Position numbers and translations under genes: made by a program
Shown here: positions 30,509 through 40,123 of the stretch, piece after piece
How positions within the stretch are numbered: the stretch's first letter is position 1
Layout of the letters: each line of letters begins with the position of its first letter
The notes under the pieces: model-generated
What the model saw: the letters and a program-made list of their open reading frames with translations, nothing else
Database searches by the model: none
Told to the model about the DNA's origin: nothing
Assembly: GCA_963776245.1 (NCBI GenBank)
Contig: CAVZLN010000006.1
Coordinates: 800,001 to 864,000, forward strand
Direction of reading: 5' to 3'
DNA from: Candidatus Eiseniibacteriota bacterium
GTDB lineage: Bacteria; Eisenbacteria; RBG-16-71-46
DNA length: 64,000 nt

Positions 30509-31677
30509 AGAAGGTCATCATCGGCAATCATGCGGTGTCGTGGGGGGTCCGGCTCGCGCGCGCGGAGGTGATCGCCGCGTACCCGATCACGCCCCAGACC
30601 CAGATCGTCGAGGAGCTCGCCGAGATGTGCGCCGCCGGCACGCTGAAGGCGCGCTTCATCAAGGTCGAGTCCGAGCACTCCGCGATGGCGGCCTGCATCG
30701 GCGCGGCCGCCACCGGCGCCCGCGCCTTCACCGCCACCTCGTCGCAGGGCCTGCTCCTCATGCACGAGCTGCTGCACTGGGCGGCCGGCGGACGGCTGCC
30801 GATCGTGATGGCGGACGTCAACCGGGCGGTGGCGCCGGGCTGGACGGTGTGGACCGACCAGAACGACACGCTCTCGCAGCGTGACACCGGCTGGATCCAG
30901 TTCTACTGCGAGACCAACCAGGAAGTGCTCGACACCACCGTCCAGGCGTTCAAACTGGCCGAGGCGGTGGGCCTGCCGGTGATGATCGTGCTCGACGCCT
31001 TCTACCTGTCGCACACCTCGGAGCCGGTGGACATTCCCGAGCCCGCGGACGTGGACGCGTTCCTGCCCGCGCGCGTGCCGCAGTTCAAGCTCGACACCGA
31101 CGACCCGCACGCCTACGGCGCGCTGACCACGCCGGCGGTCTACATGGAGATGCGGATGCGCCAGCAGGAGGCCATGGAGCAGGCGCGGACGGTGATGACC
31201 CAGGTGGACGAGGAGTGGGGCCAGCGCTTCGGCCGCCGCTACGGCGCCATCGAGGCCTACCGCGCCGAAGGCGCCGAGATCGTGCTGGTCACCTCGGGCA
31301 CCATCACCTCGACCGCGCGCTACGTGGTGAACGCGCTGCGCGACAAGGGGGAGAAGGTCGGGCTGCTCAAGATCAAGATGTTCCGGCCATTCCCCACCGA
31401 GGCGATCCGTGCCGCGCTCGAGGGCGTCCCGCAGGTGGCGGTGCTCGACCGCAACATCTCGCCGGGCCGCAGCGGCATCTTCGCCGAGGAGATCCGCGCG
31501 GCGCTCTATGACGTGCCGGCCGATCGGCGGCCGGGCATCCATGGGTACATCGTCGGCCTCGGCGGCCGCGACGTGACGCCCGAGACCATCATCGACTGCG
31601 TGGATCGGACCCGCGCGACCGTGCGGACGGGCAAGCCCGCCGTGCGCGAAGACCAATGGGTGGGGGTGAATCCATGA
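30505..31677 (+). CDS. 2-oxoacid:acceptor oxidoreductase alpha subunit
   Basis: GTGA overlap; GNHAV, AYPITPQT, VESEHSA, TATSSQGL, GLGGRDV. Confidence 0.92.
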   Translation: MKKVIIGNHAVSWGVRLARAEVIAAYPITPQTQIVEELAEMCAAGTLKARFIKVESEHSAMAACIGAAATGARAFTATSSQGLLLMHELLHWAAGGRLPIVMADVNRAVAPGWTVWTDQNDTLSQRDTGWIQFYCETNQEVLDTTVQAFKLAEAVGLPVMIVLDAFYLSHTSEPVDIPEPADVDAFLPARVPQFKLDTDDPHAYGALTTPAVYMEMRMRQQEAMEQARTVMTQVDEEWGQRFGRRYGAIEAYRAEGAEIVLVTSGTITSTARYVVNALRDKGEKVGLLKIKMFRPFPTEAIRAALEGVPQVAVLDRNISPGRSGIFAEEIRAALYDVPADRRPGIHGYIVGLGGRDVTPETIIDCVDRTRATVRTGKPAVREDQWVGVNP

Positions 31678-32570
31678 GCCAGATCGTGATCAAGGACCTG
31701 ATCCCGGACGGCGAACTGATGTCCTCCGGGCACCTCGCCTGCCCGGGCTGTGGCGGGAGCATCTCCATGCGCCTGGTGCTCAAGGCGCTCGGCCCCAAGA
31801 CCATCGTGGCGTTGCCGGCGTGCTGCTGGACCATCGTGGCCGGCCCGTATCCCCAGTCCACGCTCGGCGTGCCCCTGTTCCACACCGCGTTCGAGACCGC
31901 CGCGGCGGCCGCCTCGGGGATCCGCGCGGCGCTCGACATGAAGGGGGACACCGAGACCACGGTGGTGGCGTGGGCCGGCGATGGCGGCACGTTCGACATC
32001 GGCCTGCAGGCGCTCTCGGGCGCGGCGGAGCGCAACGAGAACATCCTCTACGTCTGCTACGACAACGAGGCGTACATGAACACCGGCATCCAGCGCTCCT
32101 CGTCCACCCCGTGGGGCGCGTGGACCACGACCACCCCCGCCGAGACCCCGAAGTCGCACCCCAAGAAGGACATGCTCGCCATCCTGGCCGCCCACCGCAT
32201 CCCCTACGCCGCGACCGCGTCGGTGGCCTATCCGGCGGACCTGGTGGCGAAGGTCACGCGGGCCAAGGGCATCCGCGGCACCCGGTTCATCCACATCCTG
32301 TCGCCGTGCCCTCCGGGCTGGAAGACGCTCGACGAGGAGACCATCGACCTCGCGCGCATGGCGGTGCTCAACCGGGTGTTCCCGCTGATGGAGGTCGAGG
32401 ACGGCCAGCGCTGGCGCTTCACCATGGACCATCCGGGCGAGCCGGTGGAGCCGTACATCCGCCGGCAGGGCCGCTTCCGGCACCTGACCGACGAGCAGAT
32501 CCGATACGTCCAGGCCGAGACCGACGCGCGCTGGCAGGTGCTCCAGGGCCGCGTCCAGCACGGCACCTAG
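31674..32570 (+). CDS. 2-oxoacid:acceptor oxidoreductase beta subunit (TPP-binding)
   Basis: GHLACPGCG, AGDGGTFDIGLQALSG, YDNEAYMNTGIQRS, SPCPPGW. Confidence 0.92.
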   Translation: MSQIVIKDLIPDGELMSSGHLACPGCGGSISMRLVLKALGPKTIVALPACCWTIVAGPYPQSTLGVPLFHTAFETAAAAASGIRAALDMKGDTETTVVAWAGDGGTFDIGLQALSGAAERNENILYVCYDNEAYMNTGIQRSSSTPWGAWTTTTPAETPKSHPKKDMLAILAAHRIPYAATASVAYPADLVAKVTRAKGIRGTRFIHILSPCPPGWKTLDEETIDLARMAVLNRVFPLMEVEDGQRWRFTMDHPGEPVEPYIRRQGRFRHLTDEQIRYVQAETDARWQVLQGRVQHGT

Positions 32571-32631
32571 TCCGTACCCGCAGCCGGCCCGGTGTCGAGG
32601 GCCGGCGTCCGATCCACGAAAGGAAGGTTCG

Positions 32632-33078
32632 ATGCTCAAGGCTTCCCATCTCCTGCTGGCCGCGCTCGCGGCGCTCACGCTGGTCGCGGCTCCCGCGCGT
32701 GCCGAAGACACGGTGCAGCGCTACGGCGCCAGGATCACCGCCAGGAAGCCGGTGGACATCGCCAGGCTCGCGCAGGCGCCGGAGAAGTTCAAAGGCAAGA
32801 CGGTGCGCCTCGAGGGCGTGGTGAAGGACGTCTGCCAGGGCCGCGGCTGCTGGGTCGAGGTCGCCGACGCCAATGGCGCCTCGTTCCTCGCCCGCAGCCT
32901 CGACGAGAGCGTGCTGCTGCCCAAGGACTGCAAGGGTCAGAAGGTGGTCGTGCAGGGCGTCGTCACCACGCTCCCCCAGAAGGTGAAGGAGGAGAAGCCC
33001 GAGGGCCACGCCTGTCCCAAGCCCGAGTACGTGGTCTCCACGCGCGGCGTCGAGCTGGTCACCGCCGAGACGAAGTAG
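32632..33078 (+). CDS. Exported DUF4920-like OB-fold protein
   Basis: Signal peptide; YGARI...GKTVRLEGVVKDVCQGRGCW. Confidence 0.7.
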   Translation: MLKASHLLLAALAALTLVAAPARAEDTVQRYGARITARKPVDIARLAQAPEKFKGKTVRLEGVVKDVCQGRGCWVEVADANGASFLARSLDESVLLPKDCKGQKVVVQGVVTTLPQKVKEEKPEGHACPKPEYVVSTRGVELVTAETK

Positions 33079-33117
33079 ACACGGGGTCCCCCGAATCCCG
33101 CAGGGCCGCCACGAACC

Positions 33118-33143
33118 GGGCCCGCCTCGAACGAGGCGGGCCC
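33118..33143. terminator. Hairpin between convergent genes
   Basis: GGGCCCGCCTCG-AA-CGAGGCGGGCCC perfect inverted repeat. Confidence 0.65.
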
Positions 33144-33169
33144 TTCGTGTGCCCGGATCGCGGCGCGGC

Positions 33170-34504
33170 TCAGGCGGGGTTCTTCACCCCGCGCTGGACC
33201 CAGCGTTTGCCCAGCAGCAGGCCGATCGGGGAGATCAGCGCGACGCAGCCGTAGATGAGCCACATCGTGCCCGAGTCCTGGGGACCGGAGGTGGGCAGGT
33301 AGCGCGCGATCATCGACCCCGAGTACCACCCGGTGGTGAACTTCGCCAGGAACCACGGGATGCCGGCCAGGCCCATGTAGGCGCCCACCTGCCCCGACGG
33401 CGCGAGGTTGGCCACGTATTCGAGGAAGCGGCTCGACCACATCGCCTCGCCGAACGAGAACAGCACCACGTAGGCGATGAGCGTCCACAGGTTCGGGCCC
33501 GGCACCAGGATGAAGGTGGTGACCGCCGAGAGCGCGGTGCCGAGGATCATCATGGTGATGATGTTCACGCGCCGGGTGAGCGCGGCGATCACCGGCACGA
33601 AGATCACGATGATCAGCGGATTGAGGCCCTGGAACCACTCGTAGCGCGAGTTGACCGCGTGCGGGAAGCAGCGCATCACGTAATCGGGCAGCGTGAGCCA
33701 CTGGTGTGCGAACAAGGTGCGCACCGGGAGCAGGATGAAGATGAAGAACAGGAAGCGCGAGTCAAGGAACGGCAGCGCGCGCAGCTTCTCGCCGAGCGTG
33801 CGGCGGTCGGCGGCCTGCGCGGCGGCGTGCTCGGCCCCGCGGTCGCGCAGCTCGATCTTCCGGGTGAAGAACACGAGGTTGGCCAGGAGCATGATCAGCG
33901 TGATGGCGATCATCGCCCAGAACACGCCGGTGATGCCGGTGCGCTCGCGGATGTACGGCGACACCATGGCTTCGGCCCAGATCCCGAGGTTCATGATGGC
34001 GTAGAGCAGGCTGTAGCCGATGGTCGCCGTGCGTGGATCGGTGAACTCCTTCACGCCGGCGTAGAGCGCGGGCTGGAGCACGCCCGAGGCGATCCCCATG
34101 AGCGCCAGCCCCGACCACAGCACGGCGCCCCCGCCCCCGCCGAGCCCGGGGCTGAGCACCAGCAGCACGCGCCCGACGAGCAGCCCGAGCACCGACCACG
34201 TGAGCGCGCGGCGCACCCCGAGGCGGTCGGACACGAAGCCGCCGCCGAACATGCACAGCGTCACGATGCCGGTGAAGAACGAGACCGCGAAGCCGGTGGC
34301 CTGGTCGGAGAAGCCCACGTTGCGGTTGATGAACAGCGTGAGCAGGTTGAGGATGCCGAAATAGGCGATCCCGTCCCCGAAGTTCACCAGGTTCACGAGC
34401 CAGAACGCGCGCGAGGCGGAGAACAGGATGCGCACGTTCTCGCCCAGGGTGAGCGTCTGCGCTTCCGCCGCCGGGGCGGTCGCCGCGGTGTCGTCGTTGG
34501 TCAT
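33170..34504 (-). CDS. MFS transporter (POT/peptide-like)
   Basis: ATG at 34504; about 12 hydrophobic segments; GGFVSDRLGVRR motif A; YAIMNLG, NPLII, GEAMWSSRF. Confidence 0.85.
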   Translation of the reverse strand: MTNDDTAATAPAAEAQTLTLGENVRILFSASRAFWLVNLVNFGDGIAYFGILNLLTLFINRNVGFSDQATGFAVSFFTGIVTLCMFGGGFVSDRLGVRRALTWSVLGLLVGRVLLVLSPGLGGGGGAVLWSGLALMGIASGVLQPALYAGVKEFTDPRTATIGYSLLYAIMNLGIWAEAMVSPYIRERTGITGVFWAMIAITLIMLLANLVFFTRKIELRDRGAEHAAAQAADRRTLGEKLRALPFLDSRFLFFIFILLPVRTLFAHQWLTLPDYVMRCFPHAVNSRYEWFQGLNPLIIVIFVPVIAALTRRVNIITMMILGTALSAVTTFILVPGPNLWTLIAYVVLFSFGEAMWSSRFLEYVANLAPSGQVGAYMGLAGIPWFLAKFTTGWYSGSMIARYLPTSGPQDSGTMWLIYGCVALISPIGLLLGKRWVQRGVKNPA

Positions 34505-34626
34505 CCGGTCCTCGCAGTGGGTCGGCGTGCTGGGCCTGGCCGCCGGGCCGGAGCGCGGCGGGTCACGGACGCGGCAGCATAGCGGGCGGAGCGCCCGCCT
34601 GCTAGTTTCCGGGGCAGGAGGACCGC

Positions 34627-36438
34627 ATGCGCACCCTGGCCGCCCCTGCCCGACCGCCCACGCTTCACGAGTCCCAGCGTGCCCGCATCGGGCGGCTGTG
34701 CGCGCCCGGCTCCGACGGGGCGCGGGCGCGCAGGCGCCGCGTGCTCGACGGCTGCAACCTGCCACTGCTGCTCGCCGGCGCGGAGTGGCTCGCGGCGCTC
34801 GCGGCCGTGCTGGCGCCGCTCCCGGGTTGCGCGCACGCGCCCGCCCCGCAAGTGGTCGAGCGCGGCGTGGTCGCGGCGCCCGAGTCGCTGGCCGCCGAAG
34901 TGGGCGCCGCCATCCTGCGGCGCGGCGGCAACGCGGTGGACGCCGCCATCGCGGTGCACTTCGCGCTCGCGGTCACCTTCCCCAGCGCCGGCAACCTCGG
35001 CGGGGGCGGCTTCATGCTGGTGCACACGCGCGCCGGCGACGAGGCCCTCGACTTCCGCGAGACCGCGCCAGCCGCGGCGACGCGCGACATGTACCTCGAC
35101 TCGCTCGGCGAGGTGGTGCCGGGCGCGAGTCTCGACACCCATCGCGCCGCCGGTGTGCCGGGATCGGTCGCCGGGCTGTGGCTCGCCCACCGCCGCCACG
35201 GCACGCTGCCGTGGAAGGACCTGGTCGCGCCCGCGGTGGCGCTGGCGGAGGACGGCTTCGCGCTGTCCGGCCCGGCCGCCCGTTCGTTCGCCGCCGAGCC
35301 CCTCGCGGGATTCCGCGCCTACTTCCACGGCGACTCGGGCTCGCGTCTCAGACAGCCCGAACTGGCCGCGACCCTGCGCCGCATCGCCCGCGACGGCCGC
35401 GACGGCTTCTATCGCGGGGAGACCGCGCGGCTGATCGCGGCGGAGATGGAGCGCGGCGGCGGCCTTGTCACGCTCGCTGACCTGGAGCGCTATCAGCCCC
35501 GGGTGCGCACCCCCGTCACGGGCACGTACCGCGGCCTGCGCGTGGTGTCCATGCCGCCGCCGTCCTCGGGTGGCCCGATCCTGATCGAGATGCTGCACAT
35601 GCTCGAGGGCTTCGCCCTCGACAGCCTGCGCGCCGAGAGTCCAACGTACGTGCACCTGGTGGCCGAGATCGAGAAGCGCGTCTTCGCCGATCGCGCCGCG
35701 TTCCTCGGCGACGCGGACTTCGTGCGCGTCCCGGTGGACTCGCTGGTCTCGCGCACGTACGCCGCCCGGCGCCGGGACGGGATCGTGCCCGACCGGCGCA
35801 CCGTGCCGGCCGGCATCCACGCCGGAGACGCGGCGTCCGAAAGCGAGCAGACCACCCACTTCTCGATCGTGGACCGCCAGGGGAACGCGGTGGCGTGCAC
35901 CACCACGCTCAACGACGCGTACGGCTCGCGCCTCGTGGTGCGCGGCGCCGGCTTCCTGCTCAACAACGAGATGGACGACTTCTCGGCCAGGCCCGGGGCG
36001 CCCAACCTGTACGGCGTCACCGGCGGAGAGGCCAACGCCATCGCGCCGGGCAAACGCATGCTGTCGTCCATGTGTCCGACCCTGGTCTTCCGTGACGGAG
36101 CGCTGTGGCTGGTGCTGGGCACGCCGGGCGGTCCCACCATCTTCACCACCGTGTTCCAGGTCATCGTGGACCGGGTGGACTTCGGCCGATCGCTCGCCGA
36201 AGCCGTGGCCGCGCCGCGCTTCCACCATCAGTGGCCGCCGCGCGACCCAGCGCTGGACGCCCTGTTCATCGAGGCGGACCGCCCGCTCCCTCCCGCCACC
36301 CGCGCCGCCCTCGCCGGGCTCGGGTACGCCATCACGCCCCGCGAGCGACTCGGCGACGTGCACGCCATCGAGATCGCAGGCGGGCATGCGACCGGAGTCA
36401 GCGACCCGCGCGGCGTGGGCCGCGTGGCCGAGGAATGA
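34627..36438 (+). CDS. ggt: Gamma-glutamyltransferase (probable lipoprotein)
   Basis: AGGAGG RBS; GGNAVDAA, NLGGGGF, DFRETAP, PPPSSGG, TTHFS nucleophile, LNNEMDDF, RMLSSM, GTPGG. Confidence 0.93.
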   Translation: MRTLAAPARPPTLHESQRARIGRLCAPGSDGARARRRRVLDGCNLPLLLAGAEWLAALAAVLAPLPGCAHAPAPQVVERGVVAAPESLAAEVGAAILRRGGNAVDAAIAVHFALAVTFPSAGNLGGGGFMLVHTRAGDEALDFRETAPAAATRDMYLDSLGEVVPGASLDTHRAAGVPGSVAGLWLAHRRHGTLPWKDLVAPAVALAEDGFALSGPAARSFAAEPLAGFRAYFHGDSGSRLRQPELAATLRRIARDGRDGFYRGETARLIAAEMERGGGLVTLADLERYQPRVRTPVTGTYRGLRVVSMPPPSSGGPILIEMLHMLEGFALDSLRAESPTYVHLVAEIEKRVFADRAAFLGDADFVRVPVDSLVSRTYAARRRDGIVPDRRTVPAGIHAGDAASESEQTTHFSIVDRQGNAVACTTTLNDAYGSRLVVRGAGFLLNNEMDDFSARPGAPNLYGVTGGEANAIAPGKRMLSSMCPTLVFRDGALWLVLGTPGGPTIFTTVFQVIVDRVDFGRSLAEAVAAPRFHHQWPPRDPALDALFIEADRPLPPATRAALAGLGYAITPRERLGDVHAIEIAGGHATGVSDPRGVGRVAEE

Positions 36439-36481
36439 CCGTGCTCGCATCGCCCGGACCGTTCGACCGCATGGAGGACGC

Positions 36482-37558
36482 ATGAAGGACTTCATCTCGG
36501 ACACCCCGCCCAGCCCGGACCGTCGTGATTTCCTCCGCCTCGGCGCCGTGGCCGGCGCGGGGCTGGTGACCGGCGGGCTGCCCGCGGCGAGCGCGGCGGC
36601 GGACGCCGCGGCACCCGCACCCGCGACACCGCCCCCCGCGGGCCCGCCGGCCGCGGGCACGATGCCGACGCGCAATCTCGGGCGCACCGGCCACCGCGTC
36701 GGGCTCTTCAGCCTCGGCGGCCAGGCGGCGCTCGAGCAGCCCGACAACGAAGCGGTCGCGGTCCCGATCATCGAGCGCGCACTCGACCTCGGTGTGAACT
36801 ACATCGACTCCGCCGCGGCCTACGGCGGCGAGAAGCGCTGGAGCCAGCGCTACATCGGCCAGGTCATGAAGCATCGGCGGGCCGCGGCGTTCCTCACCTC
36901 CAAGACCCACGACCGCACCCGCGACGGTTCGCTGCGGCTGCTGGAGGAATCGCTGCGGCTGCTGAACACCGACCACATCGACCTGTGGCAGCTCCACCGG
37001 CTCGCGAGCGCCGAGGACGTGGAGCGCGTGTTCGCGCCGGGCGGGGCGATGGAGGCGATGCAACAGGCGCGCGAGCAGAAGCTGGTGCGCTTCCTGGGGA
37101 TCACCGGCCACACCGAGCCGGGCGCGCTGATGGAGGCGATGCGGCGCTTCGCGTTCGACACCGTCCTGCTCGCCATCAACGCCGCCGATGCGCACCATCT
37201 CAGTTTCACGCCGGAGCTGCTGCCCATGGCGGTCGAGCAGCAGATGGGCATCATCGGCATGAAGATCCCGGCGCGCGGCCGCCTGCTCGCCTCCTGGACC
37301 CCTCCGCCGCCCGAGCAGCAGCGCGAGAGCGAGCGCCCGGCGCGCCCGGGCACGCTCACCATGCGCGAGGCGCTGTACTACGTGCTCTCGCTCCCGGTGA
37401 GCACCGCGATCATCGGTTGCGATTCGGTGGCCCAGGTCGAGGAGAACGTGGCGCTGGCGCGGGACTTCACGCCGTTGAGCGGGGCACAGCAGGCCGCGCT
37501 CAGCGCGCGCGCCGAGCCGATCGCCCGTCAGGCGCTGTTCTTCCGCCGCTGGGCGTGA
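36482..37558 (+). CDS. Aldo/keto reductase with twin-arginine signal
   Basis: DRRDFL Tat motif; MPTRNLGRTG, YIDSAAAYG, SLRLLNTDHIDLWQLH, GITGH, GIIGMK. Confidence 0.88.
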   Translation: MKDFISDTPPSPDRRDFLRLGAVAGAGLVTGGLPAASAAADAAAPAPATPPPAGPPAAGTMPTRNLGRTGHRVGLFSLGGQAALEQPDNEAVAVPIIERALDLGVNYIDSAAAYGGEKRWSQRYIGQVMKHRRAAAFLTSKTHDRTRDGSLRLLEESLRLLNTDHIDLWQLHRLASAEDVERVFAPGGAMEAMQQAREQKLVRFLGITGHTEPGALMEAMRRFAFDTVLLAINAADAHHLSFTPELLPMAVEQQMGIIGMKIPARGRLLASWTPPPPEQQRESERPARPGTLTMREALYYVLSLPVSTAIIGCDSVAQVEENVALARDFTPLSGAQQAALSARAEPIARQALFFRRWA

Positions 37559-37785
37559 ACGCGCGAGGGCGCGTGGAATGTGTTCCAGGCCGCACCACGG
37601 CGGCCTCCGGAGCGCGTCGGCCGCCCCGTCTTGCCCGTGATCCGGGGACCTGCCATGTTCATGGCCCCCGCAGTGACGTCGCCCCCGACCCGCACTGTCC
37701 GGACGCCTGCCGGACCTCCACTGTTCGGCGCCAGCCGCCGAGAGGTCCGAGCGCCGACCGATACGAAACGGACAAGGAGGTAGCG

Positions 37786-38841
37786 ATGACGCGGATCCCC
37801 CTGGTGGTCCTCGCTCTCGCCCTCGCCGTGCCGCCCCTGCTCGCTCCGCAGCCGCCGGCGCACGCCGAGGGACCGATGCTGGCCAACGGGCTTCTGCCCC
37901 CCGTGCCGGTGCCGGCGGACAATCCCCAGACGGACGCGAAGGTCCGGCTCGGGGCGCAGCTCTACTTCGACACCCGGCTCTCGGCGGACAACACGATCAG
38001 TTGCGCTTCCTGCCACGACCCGCGCACCGGATGGGTCAACCCCCATCCCACCGATACCGGGATCCGCGGGCAGGTGGGCGGACGCAACTCCGGAACGATC
38101 ATCAATGCCGCCTACATGCGCGTGCAGTTCTGGGATGGGCGCGCGGGCTCGCTCGAGGAACAGGCGCTGGGCCCGATCCACAATCCCATCGAGATGGGCG
38201 AGACGCTCGAGAACGTGGTCGACAAGCTGAACGCCATCCCGGGCTACCGGGAGCAGTTCGAGCAGGTCTTCGGCACCCGCGTGACGAGCGACGGGATCGC
38301 CAAGGCCATCGCCGCCTTCGAGCGTTCCATCGTCTCCGGCCCGTCGCCCTACGACCGCTGGCTGATGGGCGAGAAGAGCGCGATGAGCCCCGCCGCGGTG
38401 CGCGGCCTGCGCCTGTTCAACGGCAAGGGCCACTGCACGCCCTGCCACAGCGGGCCCCTGTTCTCCGACCAGTCGTACCACAACATCGGCGTGGGGATGG
38501 ACCGGCCGAAGCCGGACCTGGGGCGCTACGAGCAGACCCGGGACCCGGCGGACAAGGGTCGCTTCAAGGTGCCGACGCTGCGGAACATCGAGAGCACGCC
38601 ACCGTACCTGCACACCGGCACGGAGAAGACGTTGATGGATGTGGTCGACTACTACGACCGCGGCGGGACCCGGAACGCGAACCTCGACCCGCTGATGCTG
38701 CCGCTCGGCCTGACGCCCCGCGAGAAGCGGGACCTGGTCGAGTTCATGAAAGCGCTGACCGGGCCCGTGCCCGCGATCCAGGTCCCGAAGTTCGCCGCCG
38801 GACCCGGGCCCGCTGCCGACGCCAAGGGAGGCCTGCGATGA
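37786..38841 (+). CDS. Diheme cytochrome c peroxidase/MauG family protein
   Basis: AAGGAGG RBS; signal peptide; LYFDTRLS, CASCH, QFWDGRA, NPIEMG, CTPCH, FKVPTLRN, PYLH. Confidence 0.9.
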   Translation: MTRIPLVVLALALAVPPLLAPQPPAHAEGPMLANGLLPPVPVPADNPQTDAKVRLGAQLYFDTRLSADNTISCASCHDPRTGWVNPHPTDTGIRGQVGGRNSGTIINAAYMRVQFWDGRAGSLEEQALGPIHNPIEMGETLENVVDKLNAIPGYREQFEQVFGTRVTSDGIAKAIAAFERSIVSGPSPYDRWLMGEKSAMSPAAVRGLRLFNGKGHCTPCHSGPLFSDQSYHNIGVGMDRPKPDLGRYEQTRDPADKGRFKVPTLRNIESTPPYLHTGTEKTLMDVVDYYDRGGTRNANLDPLMLPLGLTPREKRDLVEFMKALTGPVPAIQVPKFAAGPGPAADAKGGLR

Positions 38842-40049
38842 AGATCCGACATCTGACCGTGCTCCTCGCCGCCTTGATCGCGTTGGCGGCCCTGGTACCG
38901 GGGGAGTCCTCGGCCATCCCGGTGTTCGCCAGGAAATACGGATTCGATTGCACGATGTGCCACTCGGCCTACCCCCGGCTCAACGACTTCGGCGCGCGCT
39001 TCCGGGCCGACGGCTATCGGCTGCCGGGCCGCGAGAAGACCGAGAAGACCATCCTCCAGTCGCCCACCCCGGTGGCGTTGCGCAGCAGCTCGGGCTACAC
39101 CTACCACGAACTCCAGCACGAGCTGGATGCGGCCCGCACGCCGAAGCGGAGCGGGCTCGCGATGAATGGCCTGGACATCCTCTCCGCCGGGCTCCTGGGG
39201 CCCGAGATCGGGTACTTCGTGGTCTTCGTCCCGGGGATCAACGAGGCCCACGGCGTGGACGGGCAGGAGGCCTCGCTGGAGATGGCCAACGTCGTCTTCT
39301 CCCACATCGCCGGCCGACCGCTGACGCTGCGCGCCGGGCGGTTCGAGCCGGCCTACGCGGCATTCAGCGTCAAGCGACAGTTGAGCGTGTCGCCCTATGA
39401 GGTCTACGACTACGGCTTCGCCGGAGGCCCCAGGTTCTCCTACACCCAGACCGGCGTCGAGCTCCGGGGCGGCGGTCACGGCCCGCTGCGCGCGCTCGCC
39501 GGGCTGGTGGAGGGATCGGGCACCAACCTCGCCGGGGATCCACCGCAGGACGGCTACGTCCGGGTGGAGGGGATGTACGGTCCAGGCGAGGGGCAGAGCG
39601 CGGGGCACCGGTTCGGACTCACCGGCTACCTCGGACGGGCGAGGGCGGACACGTCCCTGCACGCGGCGGGCGGTCGCTCGAGGAGCTTCAGCCGCATCGG
39701 CGCGGACGCCAGCCTCAACGCCCGCGGCTTGAACCTCGCCCTGCAGTACCTCTGGGCCCGGGACGATGGCGAGCTCTGGGGACGCGACCGACGGACCACG
39801 TGGAGCGGCGGTTTCGCCGAACTGAGCTACACGTCGGACCGCCGGGTCACCGGCTTCGCCCGGTTCGGGATGGTGAACGAGCCGTCGTTCCTCGACCGGG
39901 ACATCCAGCGCATCACGGCCGGCGGTCGCTACTACTTCGAGGACAACGTGGCCACGCACCTGGAGTACTCGCGCCAGACCGTGACGTCAGCGGCGCTCTA
40001 TGACGTCACCGAGGACTTCCTCACGCTCCGGCTGGACTTCGCGTTCTGA
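38838..40049 (+). CDS. Monoheme cytochrome c fused to outer-membrane beta-barrel (Cyc2/ExtI-like)
   Basis: Signal peptide, then AIPVFARKYGFDCTMCHSAYPRLNDFGARFRADGY; amphipathic beta-strands; C-terminal RLDFAF; ATGA overlap with the peroxidase. Confidence 0.8.
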   Translation: MKIRHLTVLLAALIALAALVPGESSAIPVFARKYGFDCTMCHSAYPRLNDFGARFRADGYRLPGREKTEKTILQSPTPVALRSSSGYTYHELQHELDAARTPKRSGLAMNGLDILSAGLLGPEIGYFVVFVPGINEAHGVDGQEASLEMANVVFSHIAGRPLTLRAGRFEPAYAAFSVKRQLSVSPYEVYDYGFAGGPRFSYTQTGVELRGGGHGPLRALAGLVEGSGTNLAGDPPQDGYVRVEGMYGPGEGQSAGHRFGLTGYLGRARADTSLHAAGGRSRSFSRIGADASLNARGLNLALQYLWARDDGELWGRDRRTTWSGGFAELSYTSDRRVTGFARFGMVNEPSFLDRDIQRITAGGRYYFEDNVATHLEYSRQTVTSAALYDVTEDFLTLRLDFAF

Positions 40050-40063
40050 ACCGATCGAGGAGG

Positions 40064-40088
40064 GGGCAGGCGATCCCACCGCCTGCCC
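40064..40088. terminator. Hairpin between convergent genes
   Basis: GGGCAGGCG-N7-CGCCTGCCC. Confidence 0.45.
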
Positions 40089-40123
40089 TGCCCGCGTCCC
40101 GCGTCCCGCGCTCCCCGACCCTC

